Of a stretch of 64,000 bases of DNA, positions 1 to 13,691 are shown one piece after another (position 1 is the stretch's first letter; each line of letters opens with the position of its first letter). Under the pieces are notes generated by a model. The model ran no database searches and had not been told where the DNA came from. It worked only from the letters and a program-made list of their open reading frames with translations. The DNA lies in NCBI GenBank assembly GCA_964016885.1, contig OZ024743.1, positions 96,782,001 to 96,846,000 on the forward strand. The letters run 5' to 3'. The stretch comes from Eledone cirrhosa. Taxonomy: Eukaryota. Position numbers and translations under genes: made by a program.

Positions 1-459
1 AGAGAAGTTTTACAAGTCAACTGGAGAGGAGCCACTAAATAGCTACTCACTGTTAGAATTAGCAGCTAAACCCCCTTCAAATCATTTATTACCAAAGGCA
101 TCAAGCATGCTAATATAACATGTGTTTAGCCATCTCTCCCTTTCACATCCTCCCTCAACATGTAGCTCTCAATTTCCCCTCTTATTCATATTTTCCCTAC
201 AGATATTGGCTCAGATGTTCAAAATGTTCACTGACAACATTAACTTCACCTCTTCTAGAGGGCCGGTAAAAGTCCACTCTACTGATTAGTTAATTAAAAT
301 AATAATTATGTGCATTCTAAATTGACTACTGTCATATTCTTTAGTCTTTCTATCTATATTTTTTAAAACTATATTTCTACAGATGGAAATCTATTTGCCT
401 GTGTCAGTGTGATTCTAACATTACCTTTCCATTTTTTTGTTTTTTGCTTTGTTTTATAG

Positions 460-534
460 CCTGGTTGTGTAAATACTACTGAAGTAGATATCAAAAAGGC
501 ATGTCGAATGAACAGACATTCAAAAATGACAAGG
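460..534 (+). CDS. RGS7: R7-family RGS exon (end of DHEX region): PGCVNTTEVDIKKACRMNRHSKMTR
   Basis: Polypyrimidine tract and TATAG acceptor (AG 458-459), AGG|GTAAGT donor, 75 nt phase 0/0. The peptide matches the RGS7/RGS6 motif PGCVNTTEVDIKK as recalled from vertebrate RGS7. Confidence 0.93.
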
Positions 535-3303
535 GTAAGTAAAAAAGCTTCTTGTTACACATGATTATCAGTAGATATAGAGGTGAAGAGTATGAATAAT
601 GGATCTGACTGTAAGGAGTAAGTATGGAGTTGGTGTGGTGAATGCAAAAATTGATATGAGTAAATAGATCTGAAAAGTTAATCTTAAATGAAATATTTTT
701 GAAAAATGAATATCTAAATTCAGGAAATTAGCTTAATATTGAGAACTGACAATTAATTTTGATTGAGAGACATTAATGAGCTTTTAAATATACTGAAGTT
801 GTACTTCGTTCTTTGACAGATATTATGGTTTATTAAGAATGACTGAATGAATGAAGGCAGTTTGAAATAACTATAATTTTAATAAGTGGTGTAGCTCAAA
901 TCTTGAGATTAATACAAATATTGAACTATAAATTAGAATACAGACAATTGAATGTTCTGTTTATTGTTTGGATTTAACTCATACTTTTAATGGATTATCT
1001 ATTTATTTAAGGGATAAACATTGCATTTTAGGTTTGGATATTTATTTTCTATTTTAAAGCACTGAATTTTTTTTTTAATGAGTAGCGATCACAATTTGAT
1101 ATATTATTTAGAAGGAATGTACTTTCTTAATTGGAATGAAATTTACCCTTTTTTCTAATCTTCATTTCTAATATGTATGCCATTTGCTTTTTGAACTCAT
1201 TGTTCTAACCATTAAATTTATAATCACTCCTTTATTTTCCTTTGCTATTTTCATCTTCCAATCATCTAAATGTCTCTTGTTTTTTAATAATTTCTCATAT
1301 ACCTATGAAAATTACTTTATCTTTAGGGCTCATTGCACTGGCTGTATCTTCTTTCCTGTCACAATGATTTTTATCAAGGCTTCTGTATGTAAATGTATTT
1401 TTGATATTTCACATTTCAGACAAATTATCTTCTTTGACAACATAGAAATAGGTAGCTCCAATGCTGTACCAGTTTAAAAAAAAGATATCTACCTGTCCAT
1501 GTAAACATTTATTACAGTCATGTTCTAATGGAAACTGCAGTGCTAGCTACCAGTCATACCACAGTCCAGATAATAGCTAAGGACAGAAAAAAACAAAACA
1601 AGGTAAAAGGACACACTAGTACAGATCTGATTCACCTATGCTAGCATGCTAAAATGGACATTAAAGTGTTATTGCTACTGCTGCTGACAAATTGTTGCTG
1701 TCCTGGTCGCTAGTTGCTATTTCGTATTGTTACTATTTTATCTACCTAATGCCTTACTTCTACCACTACCATCACTATCACCACACCTTGCCCTTATACA
1801 ACCATGTAGAAGTGTGTAGTTGAGAATGATAATGCACAATGCAATCTGAGTAAAACCTTTCATGAGTTGGTGTTTGATGGTAGCTAGTTCTATGGTAAGC
1901 TGAGGAATACTTGGAATTATATTAAATTTCTTTTAAAACAGTTAGGGTGTTGAAAAGTATTCTTCAAAGACAAAATGGCTGACAGGAAACAAAATTCTGA
2001 AAGCCTATCTAGCCCATGCTGGCATTCAGAAATCATAGTAATTAAACTTTTAAGCTGTATTGTAGGGCATCAGATGCACAAATAATGTCGATCTTATATT
2101 TTAATGAAAATGGTTTCAATATAAAACATGACTACTGCGAAATAGCAGTTGCTTGTGCTGTAGAGTTTTCTCTTGGTAAGGACACTTTCTCTAGCGCCGA
2201 GACCATGATAAATGCAGCTTGTCCAATTTATGATAATCTAGTTCCATCATAAAGCACTTTTGTATCAACATGAGAGAATTTTATCACAGTTTAAATTCAC
2301 TGATATAGAAGTTATATTTTCATGTATAGGTTCAAATATAAACAAATATATTTGAACATTGAAAAGCCAAAGATGTCATTTAATACAATACTACTGTATT
2401 ATATCAATATCGTTTAAAAAATTGGTCTCCATTCCTCTAACAGAACAACCAATAATTTGGAAAGTCCAATTATTTGCTTGCAAAATAAGAAAACTATAAA
2501 TAAGAACTGACTGAAATGAATGTTACCAACGAATCAAATAATCAGATTATCGTCCTATTAAATAACCAGTTGGAATTTTCTTGAAGCAATAAATTCTGTC
2601 ATTTACCAAAACTATATCAGTTTTGGTAAGCTTGCAAGTTTTCATTTTATTTCCTTTATAATGTTGCTTTTTAAAAAATGCTTTCAAGGCTTTCAGATTT
2701 TTTCCTTCTCCTTCACTTACTAATCACTGATTTTGTAAAAAGCAAAGAATTTATAACACTGTAATGTATTAAAATCATTGAATCTTTTAAAACTAATACT
2801 TGTATTAATTTACACAATAACTGGCTTTATTTAAAAATATATTTCAATTGCTAATCCTGTTTTCTTCAATCTAATTTTACTATTTGTTTGTTGTTTTATT
2901 TGTTAATTTTCCATCTTCTTGCCATTATAACTATTAAAAGAAATTATAGAAATTATATATATAGTTGGACATGAAGGAATTTCCTTGGTACAGTAAGATA
3001 TATTTTAAAAATATCAATAACATCAATAATGACTCACTAGAACTAATATCTATAATGACTTACTGAAAACTTTGAACTATTAAGACATGCCAACCAGTGA
3101 AGTCATTCTTCACTTTTTTACAAACACACACACACACACATATACACACATACACACACACAGATATATATATATATATATTTATTATTAGTACAGATTA
3201 AAGTATAAGCATAGAATCGTTGCTTTCACCCTATTACGGGAACTTCTGAAACTTTAATCTGTACTAATAATAAATATTTGTTCTACAGTGCTATATATAC
3301 TTG

Positions 3304-3348
<45 letters not shown>

Positions 3349-3729
3349 CCTTATGGAACCCTCTTTCGATTTTGGTCTTCGTAATTATTATTACTTATAT
3401 ATATATGTTTTACATAATTCTAAAGGAAAAGCAAAGGAAAAAAGAGTGCTCTATGTATAGAACAGAGCTGTTTAATTAGAAAGTGAACAACAAAAAAATA
3501 TAACTACTCCATTACCAAAGGGTTCTGGATCACAGACAATAATAATATACATCTGGATCGTTCGTCAGATAGAGATGTTATAGATAAAAGGTATGAAATG
3601 AAATTTAAAATGTTAAAACATCTGTTAACAAATTTGCTATATATTTTTATTTTTTTATTTTTATCCCATTATTTTTTAACAGATTTTAACAGATTTTAAA
3701 TTTCATTTCATATCTTTTATCTATAACAT

Positions 3730-3769
3730 CTCTATCTGATGACCAATCCAGAAACCTTTGGTAAGGGAG
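3730..3769 (+). ncRNA. Degenerate hammerhead ribozyme (stem II deleted)
   Basis: CUCUAU-CUGAUGA-ccaaucca-GAAA-CCUUUGG-UA|AGGGAG. Its inverted partner at 3507-3574 (-) keeps stem II but has GAAC instead of GAAA. Confidence 0.55.
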
Positions 3770-4963
3770 TAGTTATATTTTGTGTTGTTCACTCTCTAAT
3801 CAAATATATATATATATATATATAAGTATTGAAGTTTCTGTTGAAAATTGAAAATGTCATAGGAGTGAAGAGTGCTCTAAAATTTGATGTAATGTATATA
3901 TATAATATATATATATATATATACAAACAAACTATCAAGTGTTACTTATATTTATAAAAGTGATACTTATTTCAGCATTTATTCATACTAATTATTTCTG
4001 AAAACACTTCTTCTTTTGTAAAGTTGTTTTTAAATGCTGTTGTAATGCAACATGTTAAAATTATCTTGAATCTTACGGCTGAAAAAGATTTTGTTTGTAA
4101 ATTTTAAGCATTTTCTGGCTCTTCATCATAGTTTACTTCGTGTGCTAACTTTTTGATATATACCATTGTTTGATGATAGTATATCACTATCTTATATTGT
4201 TAGAGAAAGTATATTGCATCTGATGTATGTACACATGCTCTCTAGAACTAGGTGTATCCCTGTTGTGGGAATTATATAGCATCTTCTTATGTAATGTTGT
4301 TATTGTTGCTTTTTGTTACATGGACTAAATGTATCGGTCACCCAATACTTAGTGTTGTAAGTATTAGGATAGATCCTATTATGGTAGAAACTTTATAACT
4401 GGTGTCTCCTCCATATAAATTTTAGACTAATCATTCCTTTTATCTGTAAATGTTGATATTTCAAACAGGAAAAATAAAATTCTGCAAAACATGAAGTTAT
4501 ATAAAAAAAGATTTACTGAACTTTGCCATAGATTTACATAGCTTAAGTTCCCATGCTGCTTCTTAATTAATGTCTAGCTAACATTCAAACATGTATATGT
4601 TAAAATTTACATTATTCTAGCTCTTAGCACCCTCTAATGAGTTAGCAGAAAATATATAAAAATGAGTTTTGTTTGTTAATTCAAATGTGTATAATATTTT
4701 TACTAGTGGATAGATCATTGTGAAAATTTGCAGTATTTGCGTAAAGCCTTTAAATTTTAATGAAATGCAGTCATAGCTTTATGTAGTTTTAAAGAAATAT
4801 TTTACTAATACAGTTCATGTGGTACAGAATTTCCAGAGTTAATAAGAAGTGAAAGAAAAATATTAAACTACTACACAAGTCAAACTCATTTCATGCTTGG
4901 AGTGTTATGTTGCTAATCCTGGCTGTATTTGTTCTGTAGATATGAAGATATATTTTACTTATT

Positions 4964-5152
4964 GGGCGGTGAATTGGCAGTATCAGTGGAGGGTTGGATG
5001 CCATACTTTCCAGCATAGTTACGTTCCTTTATGGTCTGAGTTCAAACCCCATTGAAGTTAACTTTTTCCTTTCACCCTTACGGAGTCAATAAGATAAAGT
5101 ACCAGTAATGTACTGGGTAATTGCTGGCCTTGTGCCAAAAGTAGAAACTATT
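4964..5152 (+). mobile_element. SINE family A copy with 15-bp TSD
   Basis: TSD TATTTTACTTATTGG at 4951-4965 and 5152-5166. Further copies at 6978-7144, 10350-10403(-), 16898-17024(-), 19027-19243, 22593-22785, 40013-40127, 44780-44980 and 46042-46099(-), plus a decayed cluster at 54160-54910. Confidence 0.88.
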
Positions 5153-5240
5153 ATTTTACTTATTGGACAGAGCTAAAATCTAGTTTCTGGTGACTAGAGA
5201 ATCCAGAAACCTTCATGTAAATTATCTAAGTTTCTTTTAA

Positions 5241-5451
5241 CCCTTTATCATTTAAATCGGCCATATCTGGCCCACCTTTTCTTGTGCAAAGTGGCTGTAA
5301 CCAGCTGCTCATATTGATGTTAAGGTATTGTTCTCAAAATAAATAATATCAAAAGCTCATAGATTCAATATTATGTGAGATAATTGTGTGAGGTAAAGCC
5401 TTTACCACAAAAATATAAGAGTAAATATAGAGTAATGTAAATGCTAAAGTG
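5241..5451. mobile_element. piggyBac-type MITE (family 1)
   Basis: TTAA|CCCTTTATCATTTA ... TAAATGCTAAAGTG|TTAA. Homologous copies at 33567-33780 and (inverted) 34483-34696. Confidence 0.75.
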
Positions 5452-5789
5452 TTAAGGAGGTGTATAATGCTGTCAAACAACAGCATAGAGACCTTATTTG
5501 TCAATGACATTTCCAAGTTTCTCAAGCAGAAACACAATTCCTAATTTGTTATACCTGTTTTCCATGCTCAGGTGAAACCTGATTAACTCATTATATGTGT
5601 TTCTGGTTAATATCTCATCTCTTTGATATTTTAATCCTCCACTGTATCTATTGATAGAATATTTCATCTACCCTCTCCATGCACCCCACCCCTGTCTGAA
5701 TTACCCCATTTAACAACCAATTAATTCATCAATGATATTATCGATACATATCTGTACAGAGTTAACCAAAAACTGCATGAATGTGTATA

Positions 5790-6228
5790 TGAGGGGGCTT
5801 TAAAAAACTTATGGTAAAAGTACATAACTAAAAATCATATGCAGGGATTTTGATCTTAATTTACCTGTACGTTACCATACATGTCACAACATGTTCTAAC
5901 ATGAACCCTTACATGTATGTTGCAACGTGCAGCCGCCAGTCGGAAGTCAGCACCTGCTCAAGCAACATGGCCTCTATGAAAATATCAAATTCTGGAGCAA
6001 GTTTATGAGGACATTGCCCCAAAGAAATCAACAACCTATAAATGGATAAGTTGTTTTAGAAGTGAAAGAGATGAGGTTGAAGATGATCCCCAGTTTAAGA
6101 TGTAAAAAAAGCTTGCTTTGACATGGTTTAAATCACATGGTCCTCAGTTTTACACAGATGGACTTAAAGGCTGGTATCAATGCTTGCAGAAGTGTATTGA
6201 CCTTGAGGGAGCATATGTTGAAAAATAA
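5790..6228 (+). mobile_element. Internally deleted Tc1/mariner (mariner-type) transposon remnant
   Basis: TA|TGAGGGGGCTTTAAAAAACTT TIR-like start, WISCFRSERDEVEDDP (HTH region), and C-terminal LTWFKSHGPQFYTDGLKGWYQCLQKCIDLEGAYVEK* typical of mariner transposases. Confidence 0.8.
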
Positions 6229-7324
6229 ATATCATAACTTAAACCGTTGTATCCAACTGTCCTCGCTTAACTATACACATTGAGTATACACACATAAAAA
6301 TATTGCCATATATTCATATTTTCCTGCAGATTGAAGAGACCTCAATAAAGGTTGAAAATTGATTAAAACTGTTTGCAATAGTTTCAATCTACAAGGAAAT
6401 ATGTAAATATTACATATCTATATACTATTTGTGTGTATGAATCAAGTAAATGAAAACAACACATTACAATGAAGAAATATATTTGTTTCACATTTGATAT
6501 CTTGGGGAAAGTGTCTTTTTGAAGAACTTGTCCTTCATCAGAAGACAGAATGGGATATAAAAGAGGAAATAGAAAGATAGAGAATGAGTAGAGGAAACTG
6601 TTTGGAGTAAAAGCAGATGTGTGTTCAGTCAGCCATTTGGAGAAAATGCTCCTAAGCTGGATGGTCTGCCAGAATACTTTATTTGCTGATCTGAAGACTG
6701 ATTCCAGCTTAACCCTAAAGTCCTCAACTTTGGGCACCTTCGTTGTCTGTGCTGTGATTCTTGGTGCCTGATTCTACTGTAGTGCAAGAAAGAGATCTTA
6801 TTTCTAAGCCAAGCTTTGTATGAGATCGATGTTCAGCTTCTTGCTACCCTCATATCTCTATACAAATGACCAAGTATTTCTCTTCAGATAAATGGTGCTA
6901 AATCGAAACCAATGTGGGAGTCAGATTCCACCAAGGGTGCATACTGTCACCTTTCCTGTTCATTATTTTCATGAACATGGTAGAGGGTCTGACGCCATGC
7001 TTTTCAGCAAAGAGTTATGGCCCTTTATGGTCTGAGTTCAAATCCTGCAAGGTTAACTTTGCCTTTCATCCTTACGGGGTCGATAAAATAAAGTACCAGT
7101 AATACAGTGGGATAATTGCTGGCCTTGTGCTAAAAGTAGAAACAATTATTTTCATGAACAGGATTGACATGCATGATCGTGTTCTTTCAGTCATTAGCCA
7201 AGATTCCTGACCATAAAGAAGGGTTGGCCCAAATTGTTTATTATATTTGATTTCATCACTCTACTAACCCTAGCTTTTATCATCACAATTCCAAATAGAA
7301 TTTCTCCATCAACTGTCAAAATCA

Positions 7325-7326
<2 letters not shown>

Positions 7327-7355
<29 letters not shown>

Positions 7356-7407
7356 CTTCTTCTTCTTCTTCTTCTTCTTCTTCTTCTTCTTCTTCTTCTT
7401 CTTCTTC
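7327..7407. repeat. (TTC)n microsatellite
   Basis: Perfect trinucleotide run. It explains the poly-K and poly-F ORFs. Confidence 0.98.
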
Positions 7408-10400
7408 TCCTTCTTGTCTTTCATGCTAGCATGGGTTGGATAGGTTTTTATTCAGAGTTACTGATGTCCTAGACAGGTCAGAAGATCACATTTCACTTAT
7501 ACATTACATTTTTGGCATAGTATCTATCATTGGATATCCTTCCTAACACCAATTACTTTTAAAGAGAGGATATCATTTATGAATTGAAAAATATGAGAGA
7601 CTGTAATGTATTTGTTGGTCAAGCAATCAGAGTTCTTGGCTACCTATTCTATTGCCTATAGTATTGGTTACGATACTAGTACCTGAAAGTTACTATTTTC
7701 AGCATATCACATACTAATATCTGTAGTATTGTTTACTTTACAATACCTATAGTATTGGTGACTATACTAGTTCTATTAAAAAGAACCTACTTCCTACTTC
7801 ATTAAAATTATTGATAACTGTATATATGTTTCCAAAAGCATCTTTTGATTAGTGCCATTTGATGAAGTATAGTGTTTTGTAGAGTGCTGGCATGGCTGCG
7901 TTGTTAAGAGGTTTGCTTCAACAACTATGCAGTTTGGGGTTTGATCATACTATGCAGTACTTTAGTCAAATGTCATCTAACTCAGTTTTAGGGTGACCAA
8001 AATCTTGTGAGTGAGATCTCGTAATAGAGATTGTATGGAAACTATCAGATGGACTGTTCCAGTTTTTGGCTAGTAGACTTAATCCACTGCCCTGTTTAAC
8101 ACCCCCATGGGTACCTTTAGCAGAGTTCACTCTGTTGCAATCATTCTGGCTGGGTCACTGATCTGAGTACAGTTTCCGCTCACCAATCTTGAAAGCCCTG
8201 GAAACTGGCTGTCTTCATCTGAACAAGTCATGAAAAAAAAGAAAGATAAATAAATCAGAGAAAAGCATTGTTGTTATTGCTATGTTTTATGATGACTTTT
8301 GAATATGAAGGAGGAAACATACTGGAAGTATTTCTGCATTACTCTAAAATATGAACGTATGGTTTTGCAATTAGTGGGTATGTTCAATAATTCAGACAGG
8401 GATTAAAAACGTAGGGTAAAAATTGTATCAATAGAAATAATAACATGCCAATTTTTTGTCTCAAATATGAATACAAAGCCTTGTATTTGGTAGGTGAATT
8501 TATAATTTCAGAGATTACCTAAAGAGGGTAGGAGAAAGATTGTATGAGCAGATCGGTTTTTGTTTGTGATATAATGGTAGTGTCTGAAATATGGAGCAGG
8601 AATTAATCAAGAATAGAATGGTTAACTACTGACAACATTGTCATTCATTCAGATCCCAGTGGAGCTATTGTGTTGGGACTCTGAGAAAAGACACCTAATT
8701 CTTCATTCCTGTTTGTTTTTTATAAAGAAAAGACTAAAACAGGCTTCATTCCTGTTTCATGGTTGCATAGTTAATAGCAGGAATTGCTTTCAGCTGAAAA
8801 ATTAATATCCTCCACAAAATATCACAAACATAGGTGATTAATTCTCTGTAGCGTTAGGGTCTCAGAAGAAATTCTGGCTGCTTGCTGTCTGAGTTCAAAT
8901 CCCACAAAGGTCAACTTTGTTTTACATTTTTCTTACCAATCTCTCACAATGGACTGGTTGAGTTGGTAGAACTTTGGATAGAATGTCATACATATTATTC
9001 TGGCATTTTTAATTCTGATTTTAAATTTTATCATGGCCTACATAAGTGGAAAAGCTAATCAGTTGCCCAGTTTAATACCTCCACCTTACCCATAGATATC
9101 TTTAGCAGAATAAATTCTACATTAAACCAGATCTCCAATATAAGGATAAGATCCTTCTTCTCTGCCACCAGTCTTAGAGGCCTTTGAAAAGGATCATGGC
9201 TACTGCCTTGATTTCATTTCATTTACGTCTGCTTTTCCCTGCTTGCAAGGGTGGGACGGGAACTGATTCTGGCTTGATTTCTACAGCTGGATGCCCTTCC
9301 TAACACCAACTTCATTTACAGTGAGTGCTGGGTGCTTTTTTTGCCGTGGCACCTCCACGACCACTTTACAGTGTGGGTTGGGTGCTTTTTTGCCATGGCA
9401 CCTCCACGACCACTTTGCAGTGGAATGATATGGACCCCAGTCCTATCATCTCATTTCTACAGCTGAATAAACTGGAGCAATGTGAAATAAAGTGTCTTGC
9501 TCAAGAAAACAACACATCACCTGGTCTGAGAATTGAACTCACAATCTTTCGATTGCAAGCCCAATGCTCTAACCTCTAAGCCATGTGCCTCCTGATTAAG
9601 TGATACAAATATTTTTAGAACAGTTGTAAAACAGCTAAAAAAACAAAAGAAAAAGTTTCAAATGCCTTGAAATCTATCATTTATTTGGGGTGATCAAAAT
9701 TTAAAACTGGTTAAAAATAAAGCCTGAAATTAGAGTTAATGTTTTTTTTTAAGATTCTCTAATTAATTAGCTTGTAATCATCTGTTTAATTATTTCACAC
9801 TCTCATTTATTATGAGGTAAAAGTAATTAATCACTTATTTTCTTTTCTATTTAAACTAAGAATGTTTAATTGATGTGATATCTGTATATCTTATGGAATA
9901 ATGAGGACAAAGATGGTAAACTCTTTATTCCGCATGACACTTTCTCTGCCTGCCATGCTATCAAAAAATAGTGTCAGAAATGTGCTTAAATAATCCCTTT
10001 AGGTTAAGAATTTAATATACTCAGTCATTAAAAAGAAATATATTATTTTATATATATATATATAGTTGTGCCTGTGTCATGATAGAATATACTACAGCCC
10101 ACTCTGTGAAGTGGTAGGGCTTGTGCCATGTAAAATGCTCCCAGATCAGGCTGTAAAGTGGTTGGTGTTATGAAGGGCATGTAGCCATAGGAACCAAGCT
10201 AATAATGGAAAGTAGGAGTAGGACCTGGTCTCCTAATCTGTCTAGCCTCCGAAATTCATGAAACATGAAAAATAGACATTCAACTATGACAATACTGATG
10301 GTATACATTCTATACACACTCACTATTAAACATACATATATATATAATAATAATTGTTTCTACTTTGGGTACAAGGCCAGCAATTACCCAGTGCATTACT

Positions 10401-10455
<55 letters not shown>

Positions 10456-11355
10456 ATTGCAAGAAATAAATGTTAATCTTTTGTTACTCTATTTCTAATA
10501 AAATACATAGTACATGTTTTTCAATTTATTTTGAAATAATTAAGAATTTAGTAGAATTTAGTAATATAGCTTACGTTTTCATTATTAAACTGATGTGGTT
10601 ATATCTTAACCCGACTTTTTACTATACATATAGTATTCAGCTGTTTACAGCTACCCTTCACGTTGAGAATATTACAGGTTTATGAAAATTCAGATACACT
10701 GATCACTTCAAACGTTTTCAATTTATATATAAATAAATAAAATAAAAATAAAAATGGTGTAGACATTACAATACAATAGGAGGGAACATAATAGTACCAC
10801 TGATGATGTTGCAGATGTGCAACGAAAGAACTTTGATAGACTATATATATTTATATCTGTATTTTTAACCATTGGTCAATCAATGATAAACATTGATTGC
10901 CAAATAAATTAACTATGAAAATATAAAAGATACAGAAGCGAAAACCAACCAAACAGTGAGTGTGTTCTGTTATTATTTCTGGCAATATTATTACAACAAT
11001 ATGACCCTCCCCAAGTATAACAATAAATATATGAAGATATGTCAGGTTAAAATTTGTTTGTGTGAATCAATGTGAAATAAATAAATATGGATGATTGCTT
11101 ATCAAAGTATTTTTTTTTATGTGGTCATTACAGGAGGTACGGTAACAGTACAATTAGAGAGTTAAGGTACACTGTCCAAGTAGAAGATAGAGTAATTATA
11201 AATTTAAAGGTAAAGTGCCAGGGTAAAAACAAATGACTAGGCAGAGAACTATTTAAATCTTTCTCTTCCAACATTTACTTCTTGCCTAGTCATTTTTTTC
11301 CTGCTACTATATCATCATCATCATCATCATATAGATAGATAGATAGATATACACG

Positions 11356-11390
<35 letters not shown>

Positions 11391-11834
11391 GTGTGTATAT
11401 ATAACTATATATAATATGTATATATACATGTATATATAACTAATGATAACTGCATGAATCAACCAGTGAAATGAAGACCACAAGTGGATGTTGCCTCAGG
11501 TTCCCACAAACAGTAAGGAATAATCCCAAAATGGTAATTTTTTTAATTTAGTTTACTATGAACTTGAAAAGTTTGGTGCTATGTATTTTTCTTTATTGAC
11601 TTGATACAAAACAACAAATATATAGTTGTAGGCTCTTTGAATCAATAACAATAATAATTACAATAGATATATTCTACCTATTCATAAACATAGTTTTAGC
11701 ATGCTAAACCATCATAAATATGAATATAACCTTCTTCAAACGTAATCATAGAATGGTTATCAGCTTAAAATGCCATAAATACGGTTGGTTCTAACATTTT
11801 TGTGGGTGCAGTATTATGCAAAATATTAATTTCT

Positions 11835-12395
11835 AGCTAATAATTTAGCTATAATTACTATCTAATCCCATAATCATAATTACTATTTAATCTCAAAATA
11901 AAAAATAATGAGTTATCTCAGTTATAATTACTAGCTAATCCTTCAGTCATACTTAGCAGCTAATAATTTAGTCATAATCACCAGCTAATCCTAGAATCAT
12001 AATAACTAATTAATACGACAATCTATTTGGCAGTCATAATTAGGATATAATCCCATTGTCATAATTACTAGCTAATCCTTGTGTCATAATTACCAGCTAA
12101 TAGTTTAATGATAATCATTACCTAATAATCCCTAGCTACAAACATTATTATAATTACTAGCTAGTCACACATTAGTGATTACTAGTTAACCTTATAATCA
12201 TAATTACTAGCTAATTATATTGTCATAATAACTAGCTAATCTCACAATGATAATTAGTAGTTAATCAAGTTATCATAATTATTAGCAAATAATTCAATCA
12301 TAATTAATACCTAATAATTCAGTCATAATGAACACCTAATCCTCTAATCACTGTTATATTAATAGCTAATAATTTAGTCATAATTATTAGTTAAT
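11835..12395. repeat. Old degenerate tandem repeat, about 25-bp period
   Basis: Recurrent core (GT)CATAATTACTAGCTAAT(C) with many substitutions. Confidence 0.8.
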
Positions 12396-13149
12396 AAAAA
12401 AGAAAGGAAAGGAGCTGATTGTCAAATTGGACTGACATCATCATCATCATCATTATGTTTACTTCCATTATTATGGCTCTCATTATTATCATAATCTCTA
12501 TTAGCACCACAAATGTAGTTTCTTTTACAGTACTGCTCTCTATGTTCATTTGTATTTGTCTAATTCTCAAAGGAATCCTCTTTATCTCTGTTTATCTAGT
12601 GTTGACATAATGTTGATATAATGTTCTAGATTACTGGCTAAAATCTCCTGATCACAGTGGCTTTACTGAGACATTCAGCTATTACTTTGATGTCTATAAT
12701 TACCTCCAATATGAACATTTGTAATCACTTTGATCCTTCATAATTGTAGCTATTTTATGAGTTTGTCAATTCTTTCAGTGCAGGCTTGTCCTCAGCATAG
12801 CTGATTCAAAGTTAACAGAACAGCTATAAAATTGAAAGTATAGATTTATAGCAGCTCTCTAATGATTGCTAAATAAGAAAAAATATATATATATATTAGA
12901 ATGACTATCTTTTCAGATTATAAATTCCTAGTTTTAAAAAAAAAATGTTAGTCATACCATGACATATAGCACATCAGTCCATCCATACCTACCATATGCT
13001 TAGGTTTTCGTCGACAGCTACCGCATGCTAGATGAAAAGGGCTTGCTAACCTATACCTCAGCTTATTCCCATTTATTGAGGGAAAAGGATATTATGAGTG
13101 GTCTTCCACAATTTCTTCCAATGTGTTGCATAGCTAATTCTGAAAAATT

Positions 13150-13183
<34 letters not shown>

Positions 13184-13653
13184 AACAAATTGACCCCAGT
13201 ACTTGACTGGTTCTTTATTTATCAACTCCAGAAGGATGATATATAAATTATGTTAATGTATAAAAGTGTATGATCCAAATTATAAAACATAGTTTTGCAC
13301 CTAAATAGCTGAAATGTTGCAGAGTGACACAGCTTTTCAAGGGCAAGATCATAGGTTATGTATTTTTCTCTGTTTTCTATAAACCTAGGAAGGCTGGGTA
13401 CAGCTGCTAGTATAAAGGTAATCGTAATAATAAGGCAGATGATTTCTTTGAATAATTTTCTGAAACTTCATTCTAATATCAGTGGACTTGTAATGGAGTA
13501 CTGTTAGTGGAATTGGGTTTATTTCTGGATAAATTCCAGAGGGATGAAAAGAAATGTCATATTAATGTCGATATATTGGGAAAGTGTTACACTTTCAGCC
13601 TACCTCCACTTTTCTATCACTTTCTCTTTTTCTCTGTCTGTCTCTCTCTCTGT

Positions 13654-13691
<38 letters not shown>

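Noticed and set aside
2965-2992. Possible small exon TTGGACATG...TACA|GTAAGA
   Set aside because: 28 nt breaks frame between phase-0 exons, and the acceptor lacks an adjacent pyrimidine tract.
6330-6350. Possible 21-nt microexon IEETSIK after TTTTCCTGCAG
   Set aside because: Good acceptor and in frame, but the donor AAG|GTTGAA is weak and it lies between transposon remnants. Not supportable without RNA data.
7194-7443. Poly-Lys / poly-Phe ORFs
   Set aside because: Artefact of the (TTC)n microsatellite.
11219-11303. Short inverted repeat AAATGACTAGGCA/TGCCTAGTCATTT
   Set aside because: Only about 13 bp are perfect, there is a single copy in the window and no clear TSD, so it cannot be classified.
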